From: Azolla caroliniana
Lineage: Eukaryota; Plantae; Polypodiophyta
Length of the DNA stretch: 64,000 nucleotides
Reading direction: 5' to 3'
NCBI GenBank assembly: GCA_043228905.1
Contig: JBHGNT010000055.1
Location: 62,001 to 126,000, forward strand
This document shows positions 28,101 through 43,560 of the stretch, in pieces. The position numbers and the translations under genes were made by a program. The notes under the pieces are model-generated. The model saw only the letters and a list, made by a program, of their open reading frames with translations. It was not told the origin of the DNA and did no database searches. Every line of letters starts with the position of its first letter. Positions within the stretch are counted from its first letter, which is position 1.

Positions 28101-31100
28101 CAAATTTGGTAATTTCTTCAAATCTCTAGACCTGAGTTTCAAAATCTTGATTTTTTAGTCCCATATAATAGCTAGCGTTGTTAGCTTCGATTCGCATGTT
28201 TGAACACAAAAATCCGATATCACACGCGCCAGGTATGAACATTTTAATTTACTCAAGGGCTCCTCTCAACTCCCTCCTCAAATTTGGTAATTTCGTCATG
28301 TCTCTCGACCTTAGTTTCAAAATCTTGATTATTTAGTTCCATATAATAGCTAGCGTTGTTAGCTTCGATACGAATGTTTGAACACACAAATCCGATATCA
28401 CACGACCCAGGTATAAACATTTTAATTTACTCAAGGGCTCCTCTCAAATCCCTCCTCAAGTTTGCTAATATCTTCATATCTCTCGACCTGAGTTTTAAAA
28501 TCTTGATTATTTAGTTCCATATAATAGCTAGAGTTGTTAGCTTCGATACAAATGTTTGAACACAAAAATCCGATATCACACGAGCCAGGTATGAACATTT
28601 TAATTTACTCAAGGGCTCCTCTCAACTCACTCCTCAAGATTGCTAATTTCTTCATATTTCTCGACCTGAGTTTCAAAATCTTTATTTTTCAGTTCCATAG
28701 AATAGCTATCATTGTTAGCTTGATTCGCATGTTTGAACACAAAAATCCGATATCACACGAGCCAGGTATGAACATTTTAATTTACTCAAGGGGTCCTCTC
28801 AACTCCCTCCTCAAATTTGGTAATTTCGTCATGTCTCTCGACCTGAGTTTCAAAATCATGATTTTTTAATTTCATATCATAGCTAGCGTTGTTAGCTTCG
28901 ATTCGCATGTTTGAACACAAAAATCCGATATCACACGAGCCAGGTATGAACATTTTAATTTACTCAAGGGCTCCTCTCAATGCCCTCCTCAAATTTGGTA
29001 ATTTTTTCAAATCTCTAGACCTGAATTTCAAAATCTTGATTTTTTAGTCCCATATAATAGCTAGCGTTGTTAGCTTCGATTCGCATGTTTGAACACAAAA
29101 ATCCGATATCACACGCGCCAGGTATGAACATTTTAATTTACTCAAGGGCTCCTCTCAACTCCCTCCTCAAATTTGGTAATTTCGTCATGTCTCTCGACCT
29201 GAGTTTCAAAATCTTGATTTTTTAGTTCCATATAATAGCTAGCGTTGTTAGCTTCGATACGAATGTTTGAACACAAAAATCCGATATCACACGAGCCAGG
29301 TATGAACATTTTAATTTACTCAAGGGCTCCTCTCAACTCCCTCCTCAAATTTGGTAATTTCGTCATGTCTCTCGACCTGAGTTTCAAAATCTTGATTTTT
29401 TAGTTCCATATAATAGCTAGCGTTGTTAGCTTCGATACGAATGTTTGAACACAAAAATCCGATATCACACGACCCAGGTATGAACATTTTAATTTACTCA
29501 AGGGCTCCTCTCAACTCCCTCCTCAAATTTGGTAATTTCGTCATGTCTCTCGACCTTAGTTTCAAAATCTTGATTATTTAGTTCCATATAATAGCTAGCG
29601 TTGTTAGCTTCGATACGAATGTTTGAACACACAAATCCGATATCACACGACCCAGGTATAAACATTTTAATTTACTCAAGGGCTCCTCTCAACTCCCTCC
29701 TCAAGTTTGCTAATTTCTTCATATCTCTCGACCTGAGTTTTAAAATCTTGATTATTTAGTTCCATATAATAGCTAGAGTTGTTAGCTTCGATACAAATGT
29801 TTGAACACAAAAATCCGATATCACACGAGCCAGGTATGAATATTTTAATTTACTCAAGGGCTCCTCTCAACTCCCTCCTCAAATTTGGTAATTTCGTCAT
29901 GTCTCTCGACCTGAGTTTCAAAATCTTGATTTTTTAGTTCCATATAATAGCTAGCGTTGTTAGCTTCGATACGAATGTTTGAACACAAAAATCCGATATC
30001 ACACGACCCAGGTATGAACATTTTAATTTACTCAAGGGCTCCTCTCAACTCCCTCCTCAAATTTGGTAATTTCGTCATGTCTCTCGACCTTAGTTTCAAA
30101 ATCTTGATTATTTAGTTCCATATAATAGCTAGCGTTGTTAGCTTCGATACGAATGTTTGAACACACAAATCCGATATCACACGACCCAGGTATAAACATT
30201 TTAATTTACTCAAGGGCTCCTCTCAACTCCCTCCTCAAGTTTGCTAATTTCTTCATATCTCTCGACCTGAGTTTTAAAATCTTGATTATTTAGTTCCATA
30301 TAATAGCTAGAGTTGTTAGCTTCGATACAAATGTTTGAACACAAAAATCCGATATCACACGAGCCAGGTATGAACATTTTAATTTACTCAAGGGCTCCTC
30401 TCAACTCCCTCCTCAAATTTGGTAATTTCGTCATGTCTCTCGACCTGAGTTTCAAAATCTTGATTTTTTAGTTCCATATAATAGCTAGCATTGTTAGCTT
30501 CGATACGAATGTTTGAACACAAAAATCCGATATCACACGACCCAGGTATGAACATTTTAATTTACTCAAGGGCTCCTCTCAACTCCCTCCTCAAATTTGG
30601 TAATTTCGTCATGTCTCTCGACCTTAGTTTCAAAATCTTGATTATTTAGTTCCATATAATAGCTAGCGTTGTTAGCTTCGATACGAATGTTTGAACACAC
30701 AAATCCGATATCACACGACCCAGGTATAAACATTTTAATTTACTCAAGGGCTCCTCTCAACTCCCTCCTCAAGTTTGCTAATTTCTTCATATCTCTCGAC
30801 CTGAGTTTTAAAATCTTGATTATTTAGTTCTATATAATAGCTAGAGTTGTTAGCTTCGATACAAATGTTTGAACACAAAAATCCGATATCACACGAGCCA
30901 GGTATGAACATTTTAATTTACTCAAGGGCTCCTCTCAATGCCCTCCTCAAATTTGGTAATTTTTTCAAATCTCTAGACCTGAATTTCAAAATCTTGATTT
31001 TTTAGTCCCATATAATAGCTAGCGTTGTTAGCTTCGATTCGCATGTTTGAACACAAAAATCCGATATCACACGCGCCAGGTATGAACATTTTAATTTACT

Positions 31101-32049
31101 CAAGGGCTCCTCTCAACTCCCTCCTCAAGTTTGGTAATTTCGTCATGTCTCTCGACCTGAGTTTCAAAATCTTGATTTTTTAGTTCCATATAATAGCTAG
31201 CGTTGTTAGCTTCGATACGAATGTTTGAACACAAAAATCCGATATCACACGCGCCAGGTATGAACATTTTAATTTACTCAAGGGCTCCTCTCAACTCCCT
31301 CCTCAAATTTGGTAATTTCGTCATGTCTCTCGACCTGAGTTTCAAAATCATGATTTTTTAGTTCCATATAATAGCTAGCGTTGTTAGCTTCGATACGAAT
31401 GTTTGAACACAAAAATCCGATATCACACGACCCAGGTATGAACATTTTAATTTACTCAACGGCTCCTCTCAATGCCCTCCTCAAATTTGGTAATTTCTTC
31501 AAATCTCTAGACCTGAGTTTCAAAATCTTGATTTTTTAGTCCCATATAATAGCTAGCGTTGTTAGCTTCGATTCGCATGTTTGAACACAAAAATCCGATA
31601 TCACACGAGCCAGGTATGAACATTTTAATTTACTCAAGGGCTCCTCTCAATGCCCTCCTCAAATTTGGTAATTTCATCATGTCTCTAGACCTGAATTTCA
31701 AAATCTTGATTTTTTAGTTCCATATAATAGCTAGCGTTGTTAGCTTCGATACGAATGTTTGAACACACAAATCCGATATCACACGACCCAGGTATAAACA
31801 TTTTAATTTACTCAAGGGCTCCTCTCAAATCCCTCCTCAAGTTTGCTAATATCTTCATATCTCTCGACCTGAGTTTTAAAATCTTGATTATTTAGTTCCA
31901 TATAATAGCTAGAGTTGTTAGCTTCGATACAAATGTTTGAACACAAAAATCCGATATCACACGAGCCAGGTATGAACATTTTAATTTACTCAAGGGCTCC
32001 TCTCAACTCCCTCCTCAAATTTGGTAATTTCGTCATGTCTCTCGACCTG

Positions 32050-35000
32050 AGTTTCAAAATCTTGATTTTTTAGTTCCATATAATAGCTAGCGTTGTTAGC
32101 TTCGATACGAATGTTTGAACACACAAATCCGATATCACACGACCCAGGTATAAACATTTTAATTTACTCAAGGGCTCCTCTCAACTCCCTCCTCAAGTTT
32201 GCTAATTTCTTCATATCTCTCGACCTGAGTTTTAAAATCTTGATTATTTAGTTCCATATAATAGCTAGAGTTGTTAGCTTCGATACAAATGTTTGAACAC
32301 AAAAATCCGATATCACACGAGCCAGGTATGAACATTTTAATTTACTCAAGGGCTTCTCTCAACTCACTCCTCAAGATTGCTAATTTCTTCATATTTCTCG
32401 ACCTGGGTTTTAAAATCTTGATTATTTAGTTCCATATAATAGCTAGAGTTGTTAGCTTCGATACAAATGTTTGAACACAAAAATCCGATATCACACGCGC
32501 CAGGTATGAACATTTTAATTTACTCAAGGGCTCCTCTCAACTCCCTCCTCAAATTTGGTAATTTCGTCATGTCTCTCGACCTGAGTTTCAGAATCTTGAT
32601 TTTTTAGTTCCATATAATAGCTAGCGTTGTTAGCTTCGATACGAATGTTTGAACACAAAAATGCGATATCACACGCGCCAGGTATGAACATTTTAATTTA
32701 CTCAAGGGCTCCTCTCAACTACCTCCTCAAATTTGGTAATTTCGTCATGTCTCTCGACCTGAGTTTCAAAATCTTGATTTTTTAGTTCCATATAATAGCT
32801 AGCATTGTTAGCTTCGATACGAATGTTTGAACACAAAAATCCGATATCACACGACCCAGGTATGAACATTTTAATTTACTCAAGGGCTCCTCTCAACTCC
32901 CTCCTCAAATTTGGTAATTTCGTCATGTCTCTCGACCTTAGTTTCAAAATCTTGATTATTTAGTTCCACATAATAGCTAGCGTTGTTAGCTTCTATACGA
33001 ATGTTTGAACACACAAATCCGATATCACACGACCCAGGTATAAACATTTTAATTTACTCAAGGGCTCCTCTCAACTCCCTCCTCAAATTTGGTAATTTCG
33101 TCATGTCTCTCGACCTGAGTTTCAAAATCTTGATTTTTTAATTTCATATCATAGCTAGCGTTGTTAGCTTCGATTCGCATGTTTGAACACAAAAATCCGA
33201 TATCACACGAGCCAGGTATGAACATTTTAATTTACTCAAGGGCTCCTCTCAATGCCCTCCTCAAATTTGGTAATTTCTTCAAATCTCTAGACCTGAGTTT
33301 CAAAATCTTGATTTTTTAGTCCCATATAATAGCTAGCGTTGTTAGCTTCGATTCGCATGTTTGAACACAAAAATCCGATATCACACGCGCCAGGTATGAA
33401 CATTTTAATTTACTCAAGGGCTCCTCTCAACTCCCTCCTCAAATTTGGTAATTTCGTCATGTCTCTCGACCTTAGTTTCAAAATCTTGATTATTTAGTTC
33501 CATATAATAGCTAGCGTTGTTAGCTTCGATACGAATGTTTGAACACACAAATCCGATATCACACGACCCAGGTATAAACATTTTAATTTACTCAAGCGCT
33601 CCTCTCAACCCCCTCCTCAAGTTTGCTAATTTCTTCATATCTATCGACCTGAGTTTTAAAATCTTGATTATTTAGTTCCATATAATAGCTAGAGTTGTTA
33701 GCTTGATTCACATGTTTGAACACAAAAATCCGATATCACACGAGCCAGGTATGAACATTTTAATTTACTCAAGGGGTCCTCTCAACTCCCTCCTCAAATT
33801 TGGTAATTTCGTCATGTCTCTCGACCTGAGTTTCAAAATCATGATTTTTTAATTTCATATCATAGCTAGCGTTGTTAGCTTCGATTCGCATGTTTGAACA
33901 CAAAAATCCGATATCACACGAGCCAGGTATGAACATTTTAATTTACTCAAGGGCTCCTCTCAATGCCCTCCTCAAATTTGGTAATTTTTTCAAATCTCTA
34001 GACCTGAATTTCAAAATCTTGATTTTTTAGTCCCATATAATAGCTAGCGTTGTTAGCTTCGATTCGCATGTTTGAACACAAAAATCCGATATCACACGCG
34101 CCAGGTATGAACATTTTAATTTACTCAAGGGCTCCTCTCAACTCCCTCCTCAAATTTGGTAATTTCGTCATGTCTCTCGACCTTAGTTTCAAAATCTTGA
34201 TTATTTAGTTCCATATAATAGCTAGCGTTGTTAGCTTCGATACGAATGTTTGAACACACAAATCCGATATCACACGACCCAGGTATAAACATTTTAATTT
34301 ACTCAAGGGCTCCTCTCAACTCCCTCCTCAAGTTTGCTAATTTCTTCATATCTCTCGACCTGAGTTTTAAAATCTTGATTATTTAGTTCCATATAATAGC
34401 TAGAGTTGTTAGCTTCGATACAAATGTTTGAACACAAAAATACGATATCACACGAGCCAGGTATAAACATTTTAATTTACTCAAGGGCTCCTCTCAACTC
34501 ACTCCTCAAGATTGCTAATTTCTTCATATTTCTCGACCTGAGTTTCAAAATCTTTATTTTTTAGTTCCATAAAATAGCTAGCATTGTTAGCTTGATTCGC
34601 ATGTTTGAACACAAAAATCCGATATCACACGAGCCAGGTATGAACATTTTAATTTACTCAAGGGGTCCTCTCAACTCCCTCCTCAAATTTGGTAATTTCG
34701 TCATGTCTCTCGACCTGAGTTTCAAAATCATGATTTTTTAATTTCATATCATAGCTAGCGTTGTTAGCTTCGATTCGCATGTTTGAACACAAAAAACCGA
34801 TATCACACGAGCCAGGTATGAACATTTTAATTTACTCAAGGGCTCCTCTCAACTCCCTCCTCAAATTTGGTAATTTCGTCATGTCTCTCGACCTGAGTTT
34901 CAAAATCTTGATTTTTTAGTTCCATATAATAGCTAGCGTTGTTAGCTTCGATACGAATGTTTGAACACAAAAATGCGATATCACACGACCCAGGTATGAA

Positions 35001-38000
35001 CATTTTAATTTACTCAAGGGCTCCTCTCAACTCCCTCCTCAAATTTGGTAATTTCGTCATGTCTCTCGACCTTAGTTTCAAAATCTTGATTATTTAGTTC
35101 CATATAATAGCTAGCGTTGTTAGCTTCGATACGAATGTTTGAACACACAAATCCGATATCACACGACCCAGGTATAAACATTTTAATTTACTCAAGGGGT
35201 CCTCTCAACTCCCTCCTCAAATTTGGTAATTTCGTCATGTCTCTCGACCTGAGTTTCAAAATCATGATTTTTTAATTTCATATCATAGCTAGCGTTGTTA
35301 GCTTCGATTCGCATGTTTGAACACAAAAAACCGATATCACACGAGCCAGGTATGAACATTTTAATTTACTCAAGGGCTCCTCTCAACTCCCTCCTCAAAT
35401 TTGGTAATTTCGTCATGTCTCTCGACCTGAGTTTCAAAATCTTGATTTTTTAGTTCCATATAATAGCTAGCGTTGTTAGCTTCGATACGAATGTTTGAAC
35501 ACAAAAATGCGATATCACACGACCCAGGTATGAACATTTTAATTTACTCAAGGGCTCCTCTCAATGCCCTCCTCAAATTTAGTAATTTCTTCAAATCTCT
35601 AGACCTGAGTTTCAAAATCTTGATTTTTTAGTCCCATATAATAGCTAGCGTTGTTAGCTTCGATTCGCATGTTTGAACACAAAAATCCGATATCACACGC
35701 GCCAGGTATGAACATTTTAATTTACTCAAGGGCTCCTCTCAATGCCCTCCTCAAATTTGGTAATTTCGTCATGTCTCTCGACCTGAGTTTCAAAATCTTG
35801 ATTTTTTAGTTCCATATAATAGCTAGCGTTGTTAGCTTCGATACGAATGTTTGAACACAAAAATGCGATATCACACGACCCAGGTATGAACATTTTAATT
35901 TACTCAAGGGCTCCTCTCAACTCCCTCCTCAAATTTGGTAATTTCGTCATGTCTCTCGACCTTAGTTTCAAAATCTTGATTATTTAGTTCCATATAATAG
36001 CTAGCGTTGTTAGCTTCGATACGAATGTTTGAACACACAAATCCGATATCACACGACCCAGGTATAAACATTTTAATTTACTCAAGGGCTCCTCTCAACT
36101 CCCTCCTCAAGTTTGCTAATTTCTTCATATCTCTCGACCTGAGTTTTAAAATCTTGATTATTTAGTTCCATATAATAGCTAGAGTTGTTAGCTTCGATAC
36201 AAATGTTTGAACACAAAAATCCGATATCACACGAGCCAGGTATGAACATTTTAATTTACTCAAGGGCTCCTCTCAACTCACTCCTCAAGATTGCTAATTT
36301 CTTCATATTTCTCGACCTGAGTTTCAAAATCTTTATTTTTTAGTTCCATAGAATAGCTAGCATTGTTAGCTTGATTCGCATGTTTGAACACAAAAATCCG
36401 ATATCACACGAGCCAGGTATGAACATTTTAATTTACTCAAGGGGTCCTCTCAACTCCCTCCTCAAATTTGGTAATTTCGTCATGTCTCTCGACCTGAGTT
36501 TCAAAATCTTGATTTTTTAATTTCATATCATAGCTAGCGTTGTTAGCTTCGATTCGCATGTTTGAACACAAAAATCCGATATCACACGAGCCAGGTATGA
36601 ACATTTTAATTTACTCAAGGGCTCCTCTCAATGCCCTCCTCAAATTTGGTAATTTTTTCAAATCTCTAGACCTGAATTTCAAAATCTTGATTTTTTAGTC
36701 CCATATAATAGCTAGCGTTGTTAGCTTCGATTCGCATGTTTGAACACAAAAATCCGATATCACACGCGCCAGGTATGAACATTTTAATTTACTCAAGGGC
36801 TCCTCTCAACTCCCTCCTCAAATTTGGTAATTTCGTCATGTCTCTCGACCTTAGTTTCAAAATCTTGATTATTTAGTTCCATATAATAGCTAGCGTTGTT
36901 AGCTTCGATACGAATGTTTGAACACACAAATCCGATATCACACGACCCAGGTATAAACATTTTAATTTACTCAAGGGCTCCTCTCAACTCCCTCCTCAAG
37001 TTTGCTAATTTCTTCATATCTCTCGACCTGAGTTTTAAAATCTTGATTATTTAGTTCCATATAATAGCTAGAGTTGTTAGCTTCGATACAAATGTTTGAA
37101 CACAAAAATACGATATCACACGAGCCAGGTATGAACATTTTAATTTACTCAAGGGCTCCTCTCAACTCACTCCTCAAGATTGCTAATTTCTTCATATTTC
37201 TCGACCTGAGTTTCAAAATCTTTATTTTTTAGTTCCATAAAATAGCTAGCATTGTTAGCTTGATTCGCATGTTTGAACACAAAAATCCGATATCACACGA
37301 GCCAGGTATGAACATTTTAATTTACTCAAGGGGTCCTCTCAACTCCCTCCTCAAATTTGGTAATTTCGTCATGTCTCTCGACCTGAGTTTCAAAATCATG
37401 ATTTTTTAATTTCATATCATAGCTAGCGTTGTTAGCTTCGATTCGCATGTTTGAACACAAAAAACCGATATCACACGAGCCAGGTATGAACATTTTAATT
37501 TACTCAAGGGCTCCTCTCAACTCCCTCCTCAAATTTGGTAATTTCGTCATGTCTCTCGACCTGAGTTTCAAAATCTTGATTTTTTAGTTCCATATAATAG
37601 CTAGCGTTGTTAGCTTCGATACGAATGTTTGAACACACAAATCCGATATCACACGACCCAGGTATAAACATTTTAATTTACTCAAGGGCTCCTCTCAACT
37701 CCCTCCTCAAGTTTGCTAATTTCTTCATATCTCTCGACCTGAGTTTTAAAATCTTGATTATTTAGTTCCATATAATAGCTAGAGTTGTTAGCTTCGATAC
37801 AAATGTTTGAACACAAAAATCCGATATCACACGAGCCAGGTATGAACATTTTAATTTACTCAAGGGCTTCTCTCAACTCACTCCTCAAGATTGCTAATTT
37901 CTTCATATTTCTCGACCTGGGTTTTAAAATCTTGATTATTTAGTTCCATATAATAGCTAGAGTTGTTAGCTTCGATACAAATGTTTGAACACAAAAATCC

Positions 38001-41000
38001 GATATCACACGCGCCAGGTATGAACATTTTAATTTACTCAAGGGCTCCTCTCAACTCCCTCCTCAAATTTGGTAATTTCGTCATGTCTCTCGACCTGAGT
38101 TTCAGAATCTTGATTTTTTAGTTCCATATAATAGCTAGCGTTGTTAGCTTCGATACGAATGTTTGAACACAAAAATGCGATATCACACGCGCCAGGTATG
38201 AACATTTTAATTTACTCAAGGGCTCCTCTCAACTACCTCCTCAAATTTGGTAATTTCGTCATGTCTCTCGACCTGAGTTTCAAAATCTTGATTTTTTAGT
38301 TCCATATAATAGCTAGCGTTGTTAGCTTCGATACGAATGTTTGAACACAAAAATCCGATATCACACGACCCAGGTATGAACATTTTAATTTACTCAAGGG
38401 CTCCTCTCAACTCCCTCCTCAAATTTGGTAATTTCGTCATGTCTCTCGACCTTAGTTTCAAAATCTTGATTATTTAGTTCCATATAATAGCTAGCGTTGT
38501 TAGCTTCGATACGAATGTTTGAACACACAAATCCGATATCACACGACCCAGGTATAAACATTTTAATTTACTCAAGGGCTCCTCTCAACTCCCTCCTCAA
38601 ATTTGGTAATTTCGTCATGTCTCTCGACCTGAGTTTCAAAATCTTGATTTTTTAATTTCATATCATAGCTAGCGTTGTTAGCTTCGATTCGCATGTTTGA
38701 ACACAAAAATCCGATATCACACGAGCCAGGTATGAACATTTTAATTTACTCAAGGGCTCCTCTCAATGCCCTCCTCAAATTTGGTAATTTCTTCAAATCT
38801 CTAGACCTGAGTTTCAAAATCTTGATTTTTTAGTCCCATATAATAGCTAGCGTTGTTAGCTTCGATTCGCATGTTTGAACACAAAAATCCGATATCACAC
38901 GCGCCAGGTATGAACATTTTAATTTACTCAAGGGCTCCTCTCAACTCCCTCCTCAAATTTGGTAATTTCGTCATGTCTCTCGACCTTAGTTTCAAAATCT
39001 TGATTATTTAGTTCCATATAATAGCTAGCGTTGTTAGCTTCGATACGAATGTTTGAACACACAAATCCGATATCACACGACCCAGGTATAAACATTTTAA
39101 TTTACTCAAGCGCTCCTCTCAACCCCCTCCTCAAGTTTGCTAATTTCTTCATATCTATCGACCTGAGTTTTAAAATCTTGATTATTTAGTTCCATATAAT
39201 AGCTAGAGTTGTTAGCTTGATTCGCATGTTTGAACACAAAAATCCGATATCACACGAGCCAGGTATGAACATTTTAATTTACTCAAGGGGTCCTCTCAAC
39301 TCCCTCCTCAAATTTGGTAATTTCGTCATGTCTCTCGACCTGAGTTTCAAAATCATGATTTTTTAATTTCATATCATAGCTAGCGTTGTTAGCTTCGATT
39401 CGCATGTTTGAACACAAAAATCCGATATCACACGAGCCAGGTATGAACATTTTAATTTACTCAAGGGCTCCTCTCAATGCCCTCCTCAAATTTGGTAATT
39501 TTTTCAAATCTCTAGACCTGAATTTCAAAATCTTGATTTTTTAGTCCCATATAATAGCTAGCGTTGTTAGCTTCGATTCGCATGTTTGAACACAAAAATC
39601 CGATATCACACGCGCCAGGTATGAACATTTTAATTTACTCAAGGGCTCCTCTCAACTCCCTCCTCAAATTTGGTAATTTCGTCATGTCTCTCGACCTTAG
39701 TTTCAAAATCTTGATTATTTAGTTCCATATAATAGCTAGCGTTGTTAGCTTCGATACGAATGTTTGAACACACAAATCCGATATCACACGACCCAGGTAT
39801 AAACATTTTAATTTACTCAAGGGCTCCTCTCAACTCCCTCCTCAAGTTTGCTAATTTCTTCATATCTCTCGACCTGAGTTTTAAAATCTTGATTATTTAG
39901 TTCCATATAATAGCTAGAGTTGTTAGCTTCGATACAAATGTTTGAACACAAAAATACGATATCACACGAGCCAGGTATAAACATTTTAATTTACTCAAGG
40001 GCTCCTCTCAACTCACTCCTCAAGATTGCTAATTTCTTCATATTTCTCGACCTGAGTTTCAAAATCTTTATTTTTTAGTTCCATAAAATAGCTAGCATTG
40101 TTAGCTTGATTCGCATGTTTGAACACAAAAATCCGATATCACACGAGCCAGGTATGAACATTTTAATTTACTCAAGGGGTCCTCTCAACTCCCTCCTCAA
40201 ATTTGGTAATTTCGTCATGTCTCTCGACCTGAGTTTCAAAATCATGATTTTTTAATTTCATATCATAGCTAGCGTTGTTAGCTTCGATTCGCATGTTTGA
40301 ACACAAAAAACCGATATCACACGAGCCAGGTATGAACATTTTAATTTACTCAAGGGCTCCTCTCAACTCCCTCCTCAAATTTGGTAATTTCGTCATGTCT
40401 CTCGACCTGAGTTTCAAAATCTTGATTTTTTAGTTCCATATAATAGCTAGCGTTGTTAGCTTCGATACGAATGTTTGAACACAAAAATGCGATATCACAC
40501 GACCCAGGTATGAACATTTTAATTTACTCAAGGGCTCCTCTCAATGCCCTCCTCAAATTTAGTAATTTCTTCAAATCTCTAGACCTGAGTTTCAAAATCT
40601 TGATTTTTTAGTCCCATATAATAGCTAGCGTTGTTAGCTTCGATTCGCATGTTTGAACACAAAAATCCGATATCACACGCGCCAGGTATGAACATTTTAA
40701 TTTACTCAAGGGCTCCTCTCAACTCCGTCCTCAAATTTGGTAATTTCGTCATGTCTCTCGACCTGAGTTTCAAAATCTTGATTTTTTAGTTCCATATAAT
40801 AGCTAGCGTTGTTAGCTTCGATACGAATGTTTGAACACAAAAATGCGATATCACACGACCCAGGTATGAACATTTTAATTTATTCAAGGGCTCCTCTCAA
40901 CTCCCTCCTCAAATTTGGTAATTTCGTCATGTCTCTCGACCTTAGTTTCAAAATCTTGATTATTTAGTTCCATATAATAGCTAGCGTTGTTAGCTTCGAT

Positions 41001-41500
41001 ACGAATGTTTGAACACACAAATCCGATATCACACGACCCAGGTATAAACATTTTAATTTACTCAAGGGCTCCTCTCAACTCCCTCCTCAAGTTTGCTAAT
41101 TTCTTCATATCTCTCGACCTGAGTTTTAAAATCTTGATTATTTAGTTCCATATAATAGCTAGAGTTGTTAGCTTCGATACAAATGTTTGAACACAAAAAT
41201 CCGATATCACACGAGCCAGGTATGAACATTTTAATTTACTCAAGGGCTCCTCTCAACTCACTCCTCAAGATTGCTAATTTCTTCATATTTCTCGACCTGA
41301 GTTTCAAAATCTTTATTTTTTAGTTCCATAGAATAGCTAGCATTGTTAGCTTGATTCGCATGTTTGAACACAAAAATCCGATATCACACGAGCCAGGTAT
41401 GAACATTTTAATTTACTCAAGGGGTCCTCTCAACTCCCTCCTCAAATTTGGTAATTTCGTCATGTCTCTCGACCTGAGTTTCAAAATCATGATTTTTTAA
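32050..41500 (+). repeat. Large duplication with 5514-bp (31-mer) then 4980-bp (28-mer) offset
   Basis: ggcttctctc/acctgggttt at 32351 and 37865; ctcaagcgct at 33591 and 39105; agtaatttct at 35581 and 40561. The offset change equals a 534-bp internal duplication (aaaaaaccga at 34791 and 35325). Confidence 0.85.
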
Positions 41501-43560
41501 TTTCATATCATAGCTAGCGTTGTTAGCTTCGATTCGCATGTTTGAACACAAAAATCCGATATCACACGCGCCATGTATGAACATTTTAATTTACTCAAGG
41601 GCTCCTCTCAACTCCCTCCTCAAATTTGGTAATTTCTTCATGTCTCTCGACCTTAGTTTCAAAATCTTGATTATTTAGTTCCATATAATAGCTAGCGTTG
41701 TTAGCTTCGATACGAATGTTTGAACACACAAATCCGATATCACACGACCCAGGTATAAACATTTTAATTTACTCAAGGGCTCCTCTCAACTCCCTCCTCA
41801 AGTTTGCTAATTTCTTCATATCTCTCGACCTGAGTTTTAAAATCTTGATTATTTAGTTCCATATAATAGCTAGAGTTGTTAGCTTCGATACAAATGTTTG
41901 AACACAAAAATACGATATCACACGAGCCAGGTATAAACATTTTAATTTACTCAAGGGCTCCTCTCAACTCACTCCTCAAGATTGCTAATTTCTTCATATT
42001 TCTCGACCTGAGTTTCAAAATCTTTATTTTTTAGTTCCATAAAATAGCTAGCATTGTTAGCTTGATTCGCATGTTTGAACACAAAAATCCGATATCACAC
42101 GAGCCAGGTATGAACATTTTAATTTACTCAAGGGGTCCTCTCAACTCCCTCCTCAAATTTGGTAATTTCGTCATGTCTCTCGACCTGAGTTTCAAAATCA
42201 TGATTTTTTAATTTCATATCATAGCTAGCGTTGTTAGCTTCGATTCGCATGTTTGAACACAAAAAACCGATATCACACGAGCCAGGTATGAACATTTTAA
42301 TTTACTCAAGGGCTCCTCTCAACTCCCTCCTCAAATTTGGTAATTTCGTCATGTCTCTCGACCTGAGTTTCAAAATCTTGATTTTTTAGTTCCATATAAT
42401 AGCTAGCGTTGTTAGCTTCGATACGAATGTTTGAACACAAAAATGCGATATCACACGACCCAGGTATGAACATTTTAATTTACTCAAGGGCTCCTCTCAA
42501 TGCCCTCCTCAAATTTAGTAATTTCTTCAAATCTCTAGACCTGAGTTTCAAAATCTTGATTTTTTAGTCCCATATAATAGCTAGCGTTGTTAGCTTCGAT
42601 TCGCATGTTTGAACACAAAAATCCGATATCACACGCGCCAGGTATGAACATTTTAATTTACTCAAGGGCTCCTCTCAACTCCGTCCTCAAATTTGGTAAT
42701 TTCGTCATGTCTCTCGACCTGAGTTTCAAAATCTTGATTTTTTAGTTCCATATAATAGCTAGCGTTGTTAGCTTCGATACGAATGTTTGAACACAAAAAT
42801 GCGATATCACACGACCCAGGTATGAACATTTTAATTTATTCAAGGGCTCCTCTCAACTCCCTCCTCAAATTTGGTAATTTCGTCATGTCTCTCGACCTTA
42901 GTTTCAAAATCTTGATTATTTAGTTCCATATAATAGCTAGCGTTGTTAGCTTCGATACGAATGTTTGAACACACAAATCCGATATCACACGACCCAGGTA
43001 TAAACATTTTAATTTACTCAAGGGCTCCTCTCAACTCCCTCCTCAAGTTTGCTAATTTCTTCATATCTCTCGACCTGAGTTTTAAAATCTTGATTATTTA
43101 GTTCCATATAATAGCTAGAGTTGTTAGCTTCGATACAAATGTTTGAACACAAAAATCCGATATCACACGAGCCAGGTATGAACATTTTAATTTACTCAAG
43201 GGCTCCTCTCAACTCACTCCTCAAGATTGCTAATTTCTTCATATTTCTCGACCTGAGTTTCAAAATCTTTATTTTTTAGTTCCATAGAATAGCTAGCATT
43301 GTTAGCTTGATTCGCATGTTTGAACACAAAAATCCGATATCACACGAGCCAGGTATGAACATTTTAATTTACTCAAGGGGTCCTCTCAACTCCCTCCTCA
43401 AATTTGGTAATTTCGTCATGTCTCTCGACCTGAGTTTCAAAATCATGATTTTTTAATTTCATATCATAGCTAGCGTTGTTAGCTTCGATTCGCATGTTTG
43501 AACACAAAAATCCGATATCACACGCGCCATGTATGAACATTTTAATTTACTCAAGGGCTC
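39620..43560 (+). repeat. 11-monomer higher-order duplication (1956-bp period)
   Basis: aactccgtcc at 40721 and 42677; cacgcgccat at 41565 and 43521. Confidence 0.88.
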
